The notes beneath the pieces are model-generated. The model had not been told where the DNA came from and did not search any database. It saw only the letters and a program-made list of their open reading frames with translations. A stretch of DNA of 64,000 nt from Oikopleura dioica (Eukaryota > Animalia > Chordata): NCBI GenBank assembly GCA_907165135.1, contig OU015567.1:9238001-9302000 (forward strand), in the 5' to 3' direction. The stretch's first letter is position 1, and each line of letters starts with the position of its first letter. The translations under genes and the position numbers were made by a program. Below, piece after piece: positions 23,509 through 36,522 of the stretch.

Positions 23509-23964
23509 TTAAGAGTCTTTTTTAGATTGAACATATTTATCCATTTGCTTCGAGATATCCGTCGATTCAAGCTCTCCGTCAGAATGTTCGCGGATCGCGT
23601 TTCTAACATCTTCCTCTTGTTTCACTAGAAATTCTCGTTGCTCATCAGCCGTAAGCGGCTTGTGCCCGAAAGCAGAGAAAAACGCGCCCTTTGATTCTAG
23701 CTTTTTCACTTCATTGTATCCGAGCACAGCTGAAAATGCGCCGAACCAAAAGCCAAAAAGAATACTTTTTATCGGATTCCCGGAAAAGAGAAGAGTAAGG
23801 CAGGAAAATGAAATGCCACAGTAAATCGGGCGTTTGACGATTTTGAAGATCGGGTCTTGTTGGTCAATGCTTTGCCATATTTGAGCCTCTTGCGATGCAG
23901 AGATGACAGAATATCCAACTAGAGCTGTTGTGGCGTTTTTGAGACAGACTTTTATCAATCCCAT
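23509..23964 (-). CDS. Small hypothetical membrane protein (151 aa)
   Basis: Single ORF with hydrophobic Gly-rich helices, a splice-acceptor-like TTTGTAG just before the ATG, packed 52 bp upstream of the FUZ start. Confidence 0.55.
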   Translation of the reverse strand: MGLIKVCLKNATTALVGYSVISASQEAQIWQSIDQQDPIFKIVKRPIYCGISFSCLTLLFSGNPIKSILFGFWFGAFSAVLGYNEVKKLESKGAFFSAFGHKPLTADEQREFLVKQEEDVRNAIREHSDGELESTDISKQMDKYVQSKKDS

Positions 23965-24194
23965 TCTACAAAAATGGTTGAGATGGAACTGATTTTAAAT
24001 GAATAATTGCACATTGTTTAAAATAGATATTTCGGATGCTACAAGCAGAAACTTGAATAGACGCAAGAACAGTCCAGATTCCAGGCTCGCTAGACGCAGT
24101 ATCTTTTTGTTGAAAGATTATGTAGGTAGCTGAAAGCTTTCATTTCAGATCGGCAGAAGAGTAAAAATAATAACAGGTAAAGAATGATGAAGAA

Positions 24195-25134
24195 CTAGGT
24201 TCAACAAATCGAAATCCGATGCCCGGAAAACCCGATATCGGATCGGATATTTATCGGGTTTTGTCGGGTTTTTTTTCACCCTACAAAACCCGATCCTGAA
24301 AATTTCAAAACCCGACGTAGGATCGGGTTTTTGTCGGAATTTCGTCGGGTTTTTCTTGCCTTTTCAGCCAATCACAGTCGGTCTAAATAGCCTCCCTTGC
24401 CCTTTTTTACTCAAAATGCACATTCACATTAATCTTACCAAAGATAATCTTCTGTCAATTGAGAGAATGAAATTCGGCGAGGAATTTCAGAGAACGCCTG
24501 AGCTTGAAGGCTTTAGTACTCCAACTATTTTCAACCAGGGTGGAACGTTGGGACCGGGCAAGTCGGGCAAGAATCGGGCGGGCGGGCAAATCGGGCGGCG
24601 CAGGGCTAGATTTTACGAGGTTAAAATCGGGCAAAGTCGGACAATCGGGCAAAATTCGGCGCCGGGGAAAATAGTCGGCCCTGTTTTCAACCCCATGGGT
24701 TATTTGAGGTCATGTGACCTCGGCAAGGCCTAACCCCCTAAACTGCAACTCAGCAATGTCTAAGCTTTCTAAACATATAAACAGGGGTGGGATTATTTAT
24801 TCTCTATTCTACCGTATTCGACCAGGCGTTTTTATCGTACTAGGAGATGCACAATGGGAAAATGTACAAAAATCTAAATATTATTATAAATGATCCTCGA
24901 AAATTGTTGAAAAAATCCGCTCAAGATGAGTTTTTGACCTTCTTTTCACTTCATTTTTTTTAATTTTTGCTTGTAGGAAACCCGACAAAAATCCGACAAA
25001 AAACCCGATAAAAACCCGATTTCCGACCCGACAAAAACCCGATAAAATCCAACAAAACCCGATCCGATTTTTCCGACCTACTAAAAAACCCGATAAAACC
25101 CGATCTTGGTTTCGGGCGATTTTGTTGAACCTAG
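24195..25134. mobile_element. hAT-type non-autonomous element with AAAACCCGA subterminal arrays
   Basis: TIR CTAGGTTCAACAAA / TTTGTTGAACCTAG; 8-bp TSD ATGAAGAA at 24187-24194 and 25135-25142. Confidence 0.88.
24536..24683. mobile_element. 148-bp hAT-type MITE nested in the previous element
   Basis: CAGGG...CCCTG termini; 8-bp TSD TTTTCAAC at 24528-24535 and 24684-24691; internal TCGGGC repeats. Confidence 0.8.
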
Positions 25135-25182
25135 ATGAAGAATCACGCACGGGGAGAAGGTTGAAAATGAATGAGAGATTTC

Positions 25183-26495
25183 TTATGTTGAACTTTTGGA
25201 GAAGAACGCGCCGAATCCACGTTTCTTCTTTTCGTTTGTCGCAACTTCTGATGTCCCGTTTAGGCCATCGGCTGAAAATGGCTGATCGTAATGAATAAAA
25301 ACTGAAAGCAGACCTTTGTTTAAATACTGCGCCAGCTCTTCTGTCATCGTATTCAACTGAGCCTCGTATCCTTTTCTCGTGGTATCGAGCTCTTGTTCGA
25401 GTTTTCTCCTTGTTTCTTGTTCCTCTCGTAGCTGATTGATTCCAGAGAGACGCTGTTGTTCGGTGTGTTGTAGTCGGTTGCAACTTGCATTCATTTCAGC
25501 CCTAAAACATAAAAATAGTTATAGGAAACAAAAATGAACCATAAAAATAGATAATACTATCAGACAAGCAGTTCAAGGAGTCCCTAATCATCAATCTTTG
25601 ACGGTGCTTCAAAAAAATGTCAGGTTCATTCGGTGTCCTGCTGTGAGTTGAGGTTCCCAAAATGACGCTCAACCCCGAACCAATGGCACACTTTTACATA
25701 AGTTTGTTTCACTGATGTGGGTTCGACAACTTTACTTGTCTCCAAGAAAACGAGCAAACCTGCTGAGAGATGTTGATGCGAGCATATGTTGAATTGTTTC
25801 GATCAAGTTATTGATTCTAATTTGATAGAAGGTCTCCACGCCGTAGACATTGTTTTCGGACCAGTTTTTCACCGTGCCTAAGTCGGACTCGTCGATGATC
25901 TTCAGTTCTTGAGGCAAGCTGACCGGATTTTTATTCGAGAGCGTTTTTGAAAGCTGAAATGATAATTTAAATTCAAAGCATTTCAGTGAATTCAAATTCA
26001 AAAATTAATTTCTTACCATTATCGCGCTGATTTCCGCTTCATGCTTCTTCCTCAATTCCGCAATCTCCGCTGAGAGCTCTACATTAACACCTTGCAACCG
26101 TTTAATCTCCGCCTGGTCATCTTCTTCGAATAAATTCTCAGTTTGAATCGCCAGTTCGAAAGTCTCTGGCGGCTCTTTTTGCTTTTCCAGAAGTTCGGCA
26201 TTTTCATGCTTTAGCCTGTCGATTTGTCCGTTTAAATCGGAGATCTGCTTGTTGTGTTCAAAGAGGTGAGAGTCTAGTTCTGATCGAAGAGAGAGGATTT
26301 CTTTGCGAAGGCCGGAAGCATCGCCACCGGCTGACTTTGATTCTAGCTCTTGAATCCGTCTGAGACGTTTGTTAATTTTTGAAGCCTTTCTTCAAGGTAC
26401 CTGTCTTTTGCTTTGAGAGCCTCTCTCAACTGAATATTCTGTTTTCTTGCTTTTTCATACTCTGCCGCTAGAGCCGCAATTTTCTCATCTACCAT
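25183..26495 (-). CDS. PPP1R21-like coiled-coil protein (short)
   Basis: N-terminus LAAEYEKARKQNIQLREAL and C-terminus TTRKGYEAQLNTMTEEL resemble both ends of PPP1R21/KLRAQ1; several short introns. Confidence 0.6.
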
Positions 26496-26673
26496 GCTTA
26501 ATTGAAGTCATAAGATGAAGGTAGCTTTTATGCACACGATTTATTTCCTCTTTTTTGAAGAACACTTGATAATAAATTAATAAATCAAGAAGTAACAATT
26601 GTTAATTATTCTAGGACTGTTTTCTGATGCCACACAGACAGGGGGAATGATTGAAGAAAATGCGTAATTGTAG

Positions 26674-28671
26674 CTAGTTAATCTTTTTGCGCTTGACGAC
26701 ATCGGGACGTGAAAGAATAGGTTTAAGGCAGGCAATAATTTCGGTAAAGTTGGTGATCAGCAGATAGATGAGACCCAACCAGAGGCCGACGATGGAGCCG
26801 AGGTAGAGGTCGAAGATAGGTGGCCGCACCAAGAACTGTGACATGACGACTGAAATTTCAATGATGTTATTTGGAAAGTGTTGTTTGTGCTTACCTTCGT
26901 GAGTATTGTAAAGATCGATGCCCTGACCGACGTTGACGAGCTCGACATTGCTGGTGAAAGTATCCATGTGCTTTAAATTATTTATTATGTAAAGATTGGG
27001 CTTCTTTTTAGTTTCCTTTTCATACCTTTTTGATATCATTGAAAGATCGTTTGGTAAAGTTTCCAGCAGATCTTTGAGTAGCGGAAAGGTTCTCAACCCA
27101 GGCAAAAGCAGCATCTCCGTTCACTTCGATTCCATGAGTAATTGCCTAAGATTTATCAGAATTGGCTGCGGGAAATGAAAAAGAGGTACCTTGTCCTGGT
27201 AGAGAGTATTCAAAAGACCAGCTCCGATGGTCTTGGTAACAGTTGCATATTCTTGTTTGTTGATTCTGCTTGAGAAATCAGCAAGAGATCGTCGAGCGGA
27301 CGATTCTGGGTCGGAAATTGTAGAAAGAGTGATCGATGGAACCTTTTAATGATAGTAAGAGACAGTTGAGGAAATTCATCCATACCTTCTTGAATGCAAA
27401 TCGCTCATGCTGCCATTTTCGTGCTTCTTCTTGAATATTAATTTTCTTGTGAACGAGCTCTAGTTCAAGTCCGTTAGCAGAAGCAGCGGCTTGAAGAGAC
27501 TTGTAGAACTTGGCACCGAGAGTCCCTTCAGCTGGGGGCTTCGAAACATGCGCATAGATTTTTCCTAAAGGCGAGAGTAAAAATTCGGGGCTATTGACAA
27601 AACACCTTCAGAAGAAGATCCCAAAGCATCGAGACAAATAGCAAGATGGATGTTTTTCAAATTTCCGGAGTTTTCATTTTTGTCCTTTGCGTCGAGCCAG
27701 TTCTTGGTGGAGACAAAGTTGATACTATCAGCGGGCATGATTGCGAATAATACGCTAGAATAATTTATTGGTCATCAAGATGGACAAAATATTTTTACTT
27801 GTATTGCGGTCGAGTGGAGTCGTCGATGAAAAGCATCGAAAGAGATCTTGCGATTTCAAGAGTAACACCAAGCCCAGATCCGGCAGAGTTAGCTCCACGA
27901 GCGAGAGCGAAAGAAGACGCAAACGCATCCATCTTCGTGGTTACAAGAATGGTTGGAGACCCAGAGATTCCATCAAGGCGTGATTCAATAGCATCAAGTC
28001 GTGTCTAGATGAGTTCTAAGCCAAAGTCTACGGACGCGAGTACCTTAAGAAGTTCTGGCTGCTTTCCTGTGACAGAAAACTGATGAAGAACCGATGATCC
28101 TGCATGAAGAATCGCGGAAGCACCGGTCAAATCCGAGAGATCCTTGAGCTCGTCTTGAATTTGCTTCAACTCTGCAGTTTCGTATGAAAAGTAAATAGGA
28201 ATTTGTGTAATTGGAAAGTCCAAAAGCGCTTGTTCAGCATCAGCGAGCTGATCAAGGGTCTTCTTGGTCACGTTTCGAAAGTCTTCCGTTCTCATGAAGT
28301 CCGGCAGGATTATGAGGACGGATCCTGGGTTCTTGTCGAGGAGTGACTTGAATGACTGCTCGGAGGTGATGTCGAGGAGGTTAATGACGACGTTTTTGCG
28401 GGTGATTTGCTTTAATAAAATAGATAAGAAACAGACTTGGTCTGAAATATCACACCTTAGCATCAGGAGCTCGACCCTCAAAAGAAACAACTGCACCGGT
28501 AGATCCAAAAGCTTCGCGATCAGTGATATCCGCGCTTTGATACTCGTATTGGTACATTCGATAGGCAGGGAACTCATAAGAAGCTTCAGTAGGAGCAATA
28601 CAAAGCAGAAAGATAGGGACAACGGCCATGGAAAACTTCCACTCTCCAGGGAACAGATCGTCCAGCCACAT
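26674..28671 (-). CDS. NCLN: Nicalin
   Basis: Signal peptide then YEFPAYRMYQY; HKKINIQEEARKWQHERF; C-terminal TM after RPPIFDL. Confidence 0.9.
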
Positions 28672-28777
28672 GAGCGTTACAATCTGGAAAGAAACCAGGA
28701 GGTTAGATAGAGATATTTCTTATCGTTACTTAGTATCAGTATTCAATTAAATAGTTTTCAGAATTCAGAGGGAAATT

Positions 28778-29472
28778 TTATCGCATGTCTTGACCTTCTG
28801 GAATTGTTATCGTTATTCCATCGAGTTCTTTTGTGAAATGCACGCAACATCCCAGACGCGAGCTAAAAGATTTTAAATTTGATTTAGGAAGAGGGAACCC
28901 CTTAGGGTCCTTTGTAGATATAGATACTTATATCCACGCATGTCGGTTTCCTCTTTATTAGAGGAAAGGTAGAGTTCATATACCGTCCTATTTATCAGCA
29001 TTCAATCTAGTCAAAATTAATCGAGTAGCGTCTGATTCTGGTAAAGCTTGGGTTTTTTAATCATCCTCACGAACTGGTGAAGTGAAAATAAATTATCAAT
29101 AGCTCTATTTTCTCACGGAATTATGGCCTCCACTTACAAGTCAGTTACATTCGGCGCATTATCCAACATATCACATTCTTCTTCTCCCCATGGATCTTCT
29201 TCTAGCGTCTTATCAAAAACACCGTCTTCAAGAATGACATGACACGTCGAACACGCGATTCCTCCTCCACAAATCCCATAGCCTTCCGTTTCGATTTCAT
29301 TGTCTATCACTGTGTCAAGAATAGAATCGCCAGGTCGAGCCTTTACTTCGACGATTTCTCCACGTCGATCGATGAATTTAACATTGATCTTCTTGCCAAA
29401 GAATTGCATTCGCGATTTAGATACATTAAGCAACCTGACCGACTTTGACAGTAGCGAGAAATTCTTGAGCAT
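28778..29472 (-). CDS. Mitochondrial 2Fe-2S ferredoxin (adrenodoxin family)
   Basis: Presequence-like start, CGGGIACSTCHVIL, EECDMLD, and last exon SRLGCCVHF (28778-28864). FDX1 versus FDX2 not resolved. Confidence 0.9.
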
Positions 29473-29774
29473 TCTATTTTAAAGATTTTTTGTAATTTTT
29501 TGCGTGGCCTCAGACAAATGCCTCGTACATTTTCATCAAATGTTCTGACCCGATAACTACCCAGGGTTGGCACCCCGAGCAGCTTCGTGACAGTTCTGAC
29601 TCGTCATCTAACGGATCATCACCGACCGGAATGATTGAAAACCAATCATGAGACCAACGAGAACAGAAAAACTATTGATAGATAAGACACATAAATCCCT
29701 TATGATTTTTATTTCATTTGTATTTGAATTTTCAGAATTTTAAGTTTAATAAATACGACTTCGAAGAAAGCAGC

Positions 29775-30435
29775 TTAGATGGGCCATTTCCACTGATCAG
29801 CTGGGGCAGGGGCGAAGAGATCTCCCCATGGCTGAAGATTTGAAAAATTTCTTTTCATTCAGAAATGTTCGTACCTGATCCTCAGCGAGGTTTCGTGCAC
29901 ATCTGAGCTCTCTCTTCAAGCTTCTAAGATACATCTCGACCTGCTCGCCGAGGGCATCCTCAAGAGCGTCAAGATCGCCAGAAAGTCGATCGACGAGCTC
30001 AGCTTGTTCGTTGATCATTTCGGTGACGGTTGTTCGGTAAATGTAGTCTTCTGGCATATCTTCAAGAACTTTAAGAATTCGCTTCTGGAAGGCCTGGATC
30101 TTGGGGATGGGCTCGTATTCGACCTCGATGCCTAGAAAAAGGGTTTAATGTGAGCTAGATAATATCGAATTACCGGTGATTTCAGTGTAAGTTTTTCGTG
30201 GAGAAGTATACGTCTTTTCTTTTCCCAGAAGAGGCATGGTAAAGTCAACCTTTCCGGATTCCTTGAGAGCTGGCTCCTCGATCATGTCATCTCCTACGAA
30301 CCGGGCGTTGACTTCGTTAGCGTTGATGACTTTCTTCCAGAATTGAGGAGTGTTGGTGGTCTGCATGTCCTTCCAGCTTCGACCGCCGAGCGACTTGGAC
30401 GAGTTCGACAGGGATCGAGCTACCTGACGGAACAT
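29775..30435 (-). CDS. NDUFA5: Complex I subunit NDUFA5 (B13) with N-terminal extension
   Basis: ITGIEVEYEPIPKIQAFQKRILKVLEDMPEDYIYR ... PWGDLFAPAPADQWKWPI-stop across two short introns. Confidence 0.88.
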
Positions 30436-30710
30436 TCTACAAATCGAGAGTTGTAAGTGAAAATTGAAATCAAATTGCAAAAAGTATCTCAATGAAAGAT
30501 CCTTAGAACAAAATTCTGAAGATTTCTCACAAGAAAATTTCTAAATAAATATTAATTATGAATGTCTTTTAGGATGTACGAAAATGCAAACAACCTCTAA
30601 AGATTCTCCACCAATTGATGTGAACTTTGATTTCTGTTTTTGTTTACTGAAAATGATCAATACTAATCAAACAAACGTCCACTTGGCTGTCCCTTGAAAA
30701 GTGTAAGAGA

Positions 30711-32467
30711 ATGAAGCTGCTCGTTCCAGTTTTACTTGGAGGTTTTTCGCTAGCCGCGAGCAAGCACAGTCCCAAGCGTTACCAGCGAAAGGATATTCGG
30801 GACGATGAAGCTCGCCTTGGCCTTCAAAAGCTGGGATTCAGTCTTTTGGAAGAATCAGACGGCAATGGGCTAGGTAGGTCTACGGTCTAGCCGTGATGAT
30901 TTATTGACTTTGACAGCAGAGCAAAAATAGAACAGCTTTGAGAAAAGGGACTCTTTCAAAGTTCAAAATCAAGCTTGTTTCAATCGGGCATGTTTTGATT
31001 TGAAATCAATTGTTAAGATATTCACAAGAAATTCTATTAAGTATCCCCTCTTTCTCTGGCTGGTGTTCTTCACTTGCTAGCCGCTGGAGGAGTTGGTAAT
31101 ACAAGAAGCGAAATCTTGGAAAAGGCCCTTGGACTCGACTACGAAGAGTTCATTAAAAGTTCAAATGGCAAGTTCCAATACAATTGGGTCGTGGAACCGC
31201 ATAACTGCGTGATGGAAACACTGATAGAAAATTCAAAAAGCGGAGATTACGAGTTTGAAAGTTACACTGGTCTCTTTACGAATTTGGAACATGATGATGT
31301 TATCAACCCATGCAAAGGTACGTATTTCACTGTTATTCCGATAATAAGAAATTTCTTAAGATTGGAACGACGATTCCCCATCACATCAGTGCGTGATCAA
31401 AAAAGACTTTATCAAGGTAGATTCCGATATTATCCTTTAATTTTACCCTAAACGAAGGAGTATCTTGGCGAAAACAAAAAAATCGACTTCCAGGGCAGCT
31501 ACGATGTTCTCGAAACAGTAAATGAAGCGGTAAACAAAGCAACGCGAGGCAATTTCCCAGAGTTTTTGGATAGCTTACCGCCAAATACGCTTATGGTTGC
31601 TTTATCCGCCCTCTACATTGAATGTGAGCCTTCTTGGAATGATCAGTGGTAAATTTGAGTTCAGCTAACTGGTACAACAACAAAATCCCGGCACAGTTTT
31701 CTACAAAAATGTTCGACGTCGTAAGCAACGGTGAAATTCGTCGAAATCGCAACAACTACTGTTTCCACGGGAGCTCATCGCGCTGCGAAGCTCCCCAAGA
31801 ATGGCTCAAATCGGAGGAGCTTCCCTTCGACGTCTACAATGACGGCTCCGTTCTCGTCATCGATCTCAACCTCAAATCTGGCAGCGAGCAAGACGAAATC
31901 ATCTTCACGATCGTCATGCCCGACGACATGCGTTCATTTGACTACAGATCGATTTCTCCAACGCTGAAAAAGGCGCAGTCGGTTTGGCAATCGCAAAGCT
32001 TGGAGGAAAAATGGGCAGTGCTCAACATTCCCACCTTTGAAATCAAAATGAAAGAGGATATGATCGGGCAGTTGAGAAGAATGGGCGTTCACGCAGCTTT
32101 TTCGCCTCAGAACGCAGATTTCTCCCACTTATTCACGGATCACACCGACTCGCCCTTTGTCAAGTAAGTTCGATAATTAGCAAATCCAATGGTAATCTGA
32201 TAATAAAATTAAAAGGGTTCTGCAGCATGCAGCAACGTTTTCTGTCAGCAAAGATGGAATAAAAGCTAGTGCAGCTACTGCAGCTGTTTTCGCAACGAGA
32301 AGGTAAGCACTGGTAAAAATTTAGAATTACAACACATATTCAGTCTATCAACTCAAGATGGCAAGATGATCTACGTGAACAAGCCCTTCTACTTTATGCT
32401 CTCGTCGCGTTCTACTGGAAAGGAACGCGCCCCTCTGTTCGTTGGGAAAATCTCAACCCTCGTTTGA
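30711..32467 (+). CDS. Secreted serpin, probably inhibitory (predicted P1 Arg)
   Basis: Signal peptide; SPLSLAGVLHLLAAG; NTLMVALSALY; hinge GIKASAATAA then VFATR|SLS; VNKPFYFML and LFVGKI. Confidence 0.88.
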
Positions 32468-33577
32468 ATTTCTAAAAACCCGAAAGTGAAATATTTCAAA
32501 TTGCGAGAAATAAACATATTTATAAAATTTATAATTTTGTCTTCTTTTCATATTATTTTTTGTTTCATGCGCACAGAGAGAAATAAATGTAAATTACTTT
32601 TTAAAGTAGCAGTGTATGAACAATTGAAAAAAGGGTTAAATGATGACGAAGAAAAAAAGGAAGCTTCAGGAGAGTCTCTTCTGAAGATGAGATACTTCAA
32701 TACTGTAGTTGAGAACGGAACTGTGTGAAAAAATACGGTAGTAAAGAATGAGTTTTTATGAGCGATTCTTTGTCAGCGGTTTGTTTTCCAGTGATTTTAG
32801 TTAGCAGCAACAAGTTGGACGAGAAAGAGACTTTCGTCGATGTAGGAACAGTGGAGACAGTTTGATTCTCTGAATGAGCAGTTTGATTACAAATAAAAGG
32901 GACTGTGAAACGTACTTGTAGTCGTATAAATAGAGGGTCTTCGATTCCTGGACGTTTTTGTTGATTTCTTGAAGAGCATTGACGCCTACTGCGACGTCGT
33001 CCTGATCGATTTCGCCTTTGAGAGCCATCGTCAACCCTTTCAAATTTTGAATTCATTCAATATTTCAAAAAAAATCACCATTTTTATCTCCAATTGCGCA
33101 GCCGAGAATTCTCTCACTTTTCGCCAAAAACTCATCGAGCTTCTTGGGCAAATTCACGATCACAGAATCTTCAGTCATTCTAAAACGATTTCATTCAAAT
33201 CTGATTCTTTCTCTCTTCGGCTCCCGCAGCCTCGATTTTCGTTCTTCAGGGAGTTTAGCCGCGCGCGCTGAGCCAATAAGAGCCGCGCGAGATGGAAATC
33301 CGTGCTTTCTGGATCCCGCAAAGGAAAAACCACAGACTTCCGAGAAAATGATCTGTCGGTTTACACTCTCAGACCTAGGGTCGGAAAATAGAAACCGATC
33401 TTGCCGATCGCTTTTTGAGAAGATATAAATTATAACTTCTATTAAATTAAATAATTGTCTGTAATAGAGTCTATTACAGTTTCAGCTGGGCTTTCGAATG
33501 ATACCCATATATCCATACTTTTTTCGAAAATTTGTGGAGATACAGGGCTTCATGACCTGTCATTTTCAGGTACTTAA

Positions 33578-33709
33578 CCCGTTAACAGCCCCATGGAGAT
33601 TTAATCTCCACGCGTGGAAATGAGTAGCCAATCGCATGTCCGGATTCAGGATTTCACTCAATCATAGACAGGTAAAAGCGTAGGCGAAATCGACCGCCCT
33701 GTTAACGGG
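33578..33709. mobile_element. 132-bp piggyBac-type MITE
   Basis: TTAA-CCCGTTAACAG ... CTGTTAACGGG-TTAA; TSDs at 33574-33577 and 33710-33713. Confidence 0.8.
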
Positions 33710-34310
33710 TTAAGGCGCTAGAATTTGACATTCCTCTTGGCTTGGACACATAAAAATTCTACCATTCGATTCCTTAGATTCTGCGCTACAAACTAAGCAC
33801 TAAAAATATTGAGGTCAAGACTTTGCTCCGCAGAAGCCATTTTCATCTATCAGACAATTTGTAGAAAAAACTAACAAACCAGAGCGAAATTGACAACTGA
33901 CGGTCTGACCCCAACCATCAAAAAAGAATTCTGCATAGTTGAACACGCTAACATTTGTGATTAACTTCACTTCAAGGACTAACAACTCGTTGCTCCTAGT
34001 TTACAAGGAATAAGCATGTCTAAGAGTAAGACACCTATGAATCATAGGCTATGATATTTATATTATCAAAGGCTAGTTACTAGAAGGTAGTCATTACCTA
34101 CGGATTCGAAAAAGCTCCACTGGGGGAGTCTTTCTCGAGGACTTCATAGACGTCAATTGAATATAAGTTCATCATCTAAAATCGATAAAAGTTACAAAAG
34201 TGAAAGTGCCGGAAAGTTTTCTATCGATTTATAAACACTGTTGGCTTGGCATATAACTATCAACTTCGGGAATTTATTTTCACAATATTTTAAAGAGAGC
34301 GAACAAAAAA

Positions 34311-35100
34311 ATGAGCCGAGTACAAAATATTATCCCCAAAGTAAGTTTATGCCAAAAATAATTTCATTCAATGTAACAAATGCTTCCAAAAACTTGAATT
34401 TACTTTCTTGATTAGGGAGCTGTGATCTGGGATGAAGCCGAAAAGGCCGATCGAATTGTAGTCGAAGGTCAGTATTGCGATTTTAAAGATACTGTAACGC
34501 ATCTGTGTCGCTAGGTGCGACAGTGAAGATTGAGAATCCTCCAGTAGAAGATCCTCTGATTCCTCGCAGTGGCGTGATCCAAACTCGTGAGGCGATTAAC
34601 CCCGTCAAAACAAGCTTGGGTTGACTCTAATATCTTGTCCTCCTTGATTTCACATTTTCTAATACCCAGCCCAAAAGCAGCACTAATGCCCGTGTGGAAA
34701 CAAATCCGAAAAAGGTGGCAGCGATGCTGCTCAAGCAAGACCAAATGCCGAAAATTGTCGGAGTGCAGGCAAGGAATATCGTTTCAATTGCCTTTTTATG
34801 AATATTTCTCTAGCAAAAAGATATTGTCGCGCTGACAGAGATTTCAAAACAAGCCGAAATCATCATCCAGAACGACATCAAAAATGCCCAAAAAGATGTC
34901 ATCAAGGTAACATCTTTCTCTTTACATGTGAACACCTATTATTTAGTTCTCAACAGCTGCTCAAGAATTACGGTAAGGACTACCTCTTAAAAAACGGGCT
35001 TATTTTCGCGCTCTTCCAGTGATTTCGTCCTGACGAACGAAGATTCTGACCCTCTACTCGTCTGTCCTCAAGTCAATCCTTTCAAAGGTTCGCTTCCTTG
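34311..35100 (+). CDS. Hypothetical spliced protein
   Basis: ATG at 34311 followed by several short GT/GC-AG introns joining open exons (MSRVQNIIPK|GAVIWDEAEKADRIVVE|GATVKIENPPVEDPLIPRSG...). No homology recognised; end approximate. Confidence 0.4.
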
Positions 35101-35281
35101 ATAATTATTTTTTGAAATAAATATTTCCAGGAGCAACTTTAGCTGAGAGAATGGCAAAACTCTGCAAATAAAGAAATAATTCTGAAAAGTTTTAATGATG
35201 ATATTGCATTTTTATTGAGTTTTAACTAAGTATATGTTGCTAACAGGTCAGTGTGTTCGATACAGTATGATGTCTGTACGT

Positions 35282-36522
<1,241 letters not shown>

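Noticed and set aside
24884-25483. 199-aa minus ORF
   Set aside because: Out-of-frame read of the PPP1R21-like last exon running into MITE repeats.
32697-33056. Small minus-strand gene (MALKGEIDQDDVAVGVNAL...)
   Set aside because: Plausible ATG and intron, but I could not build a consistent model or recognise a family.
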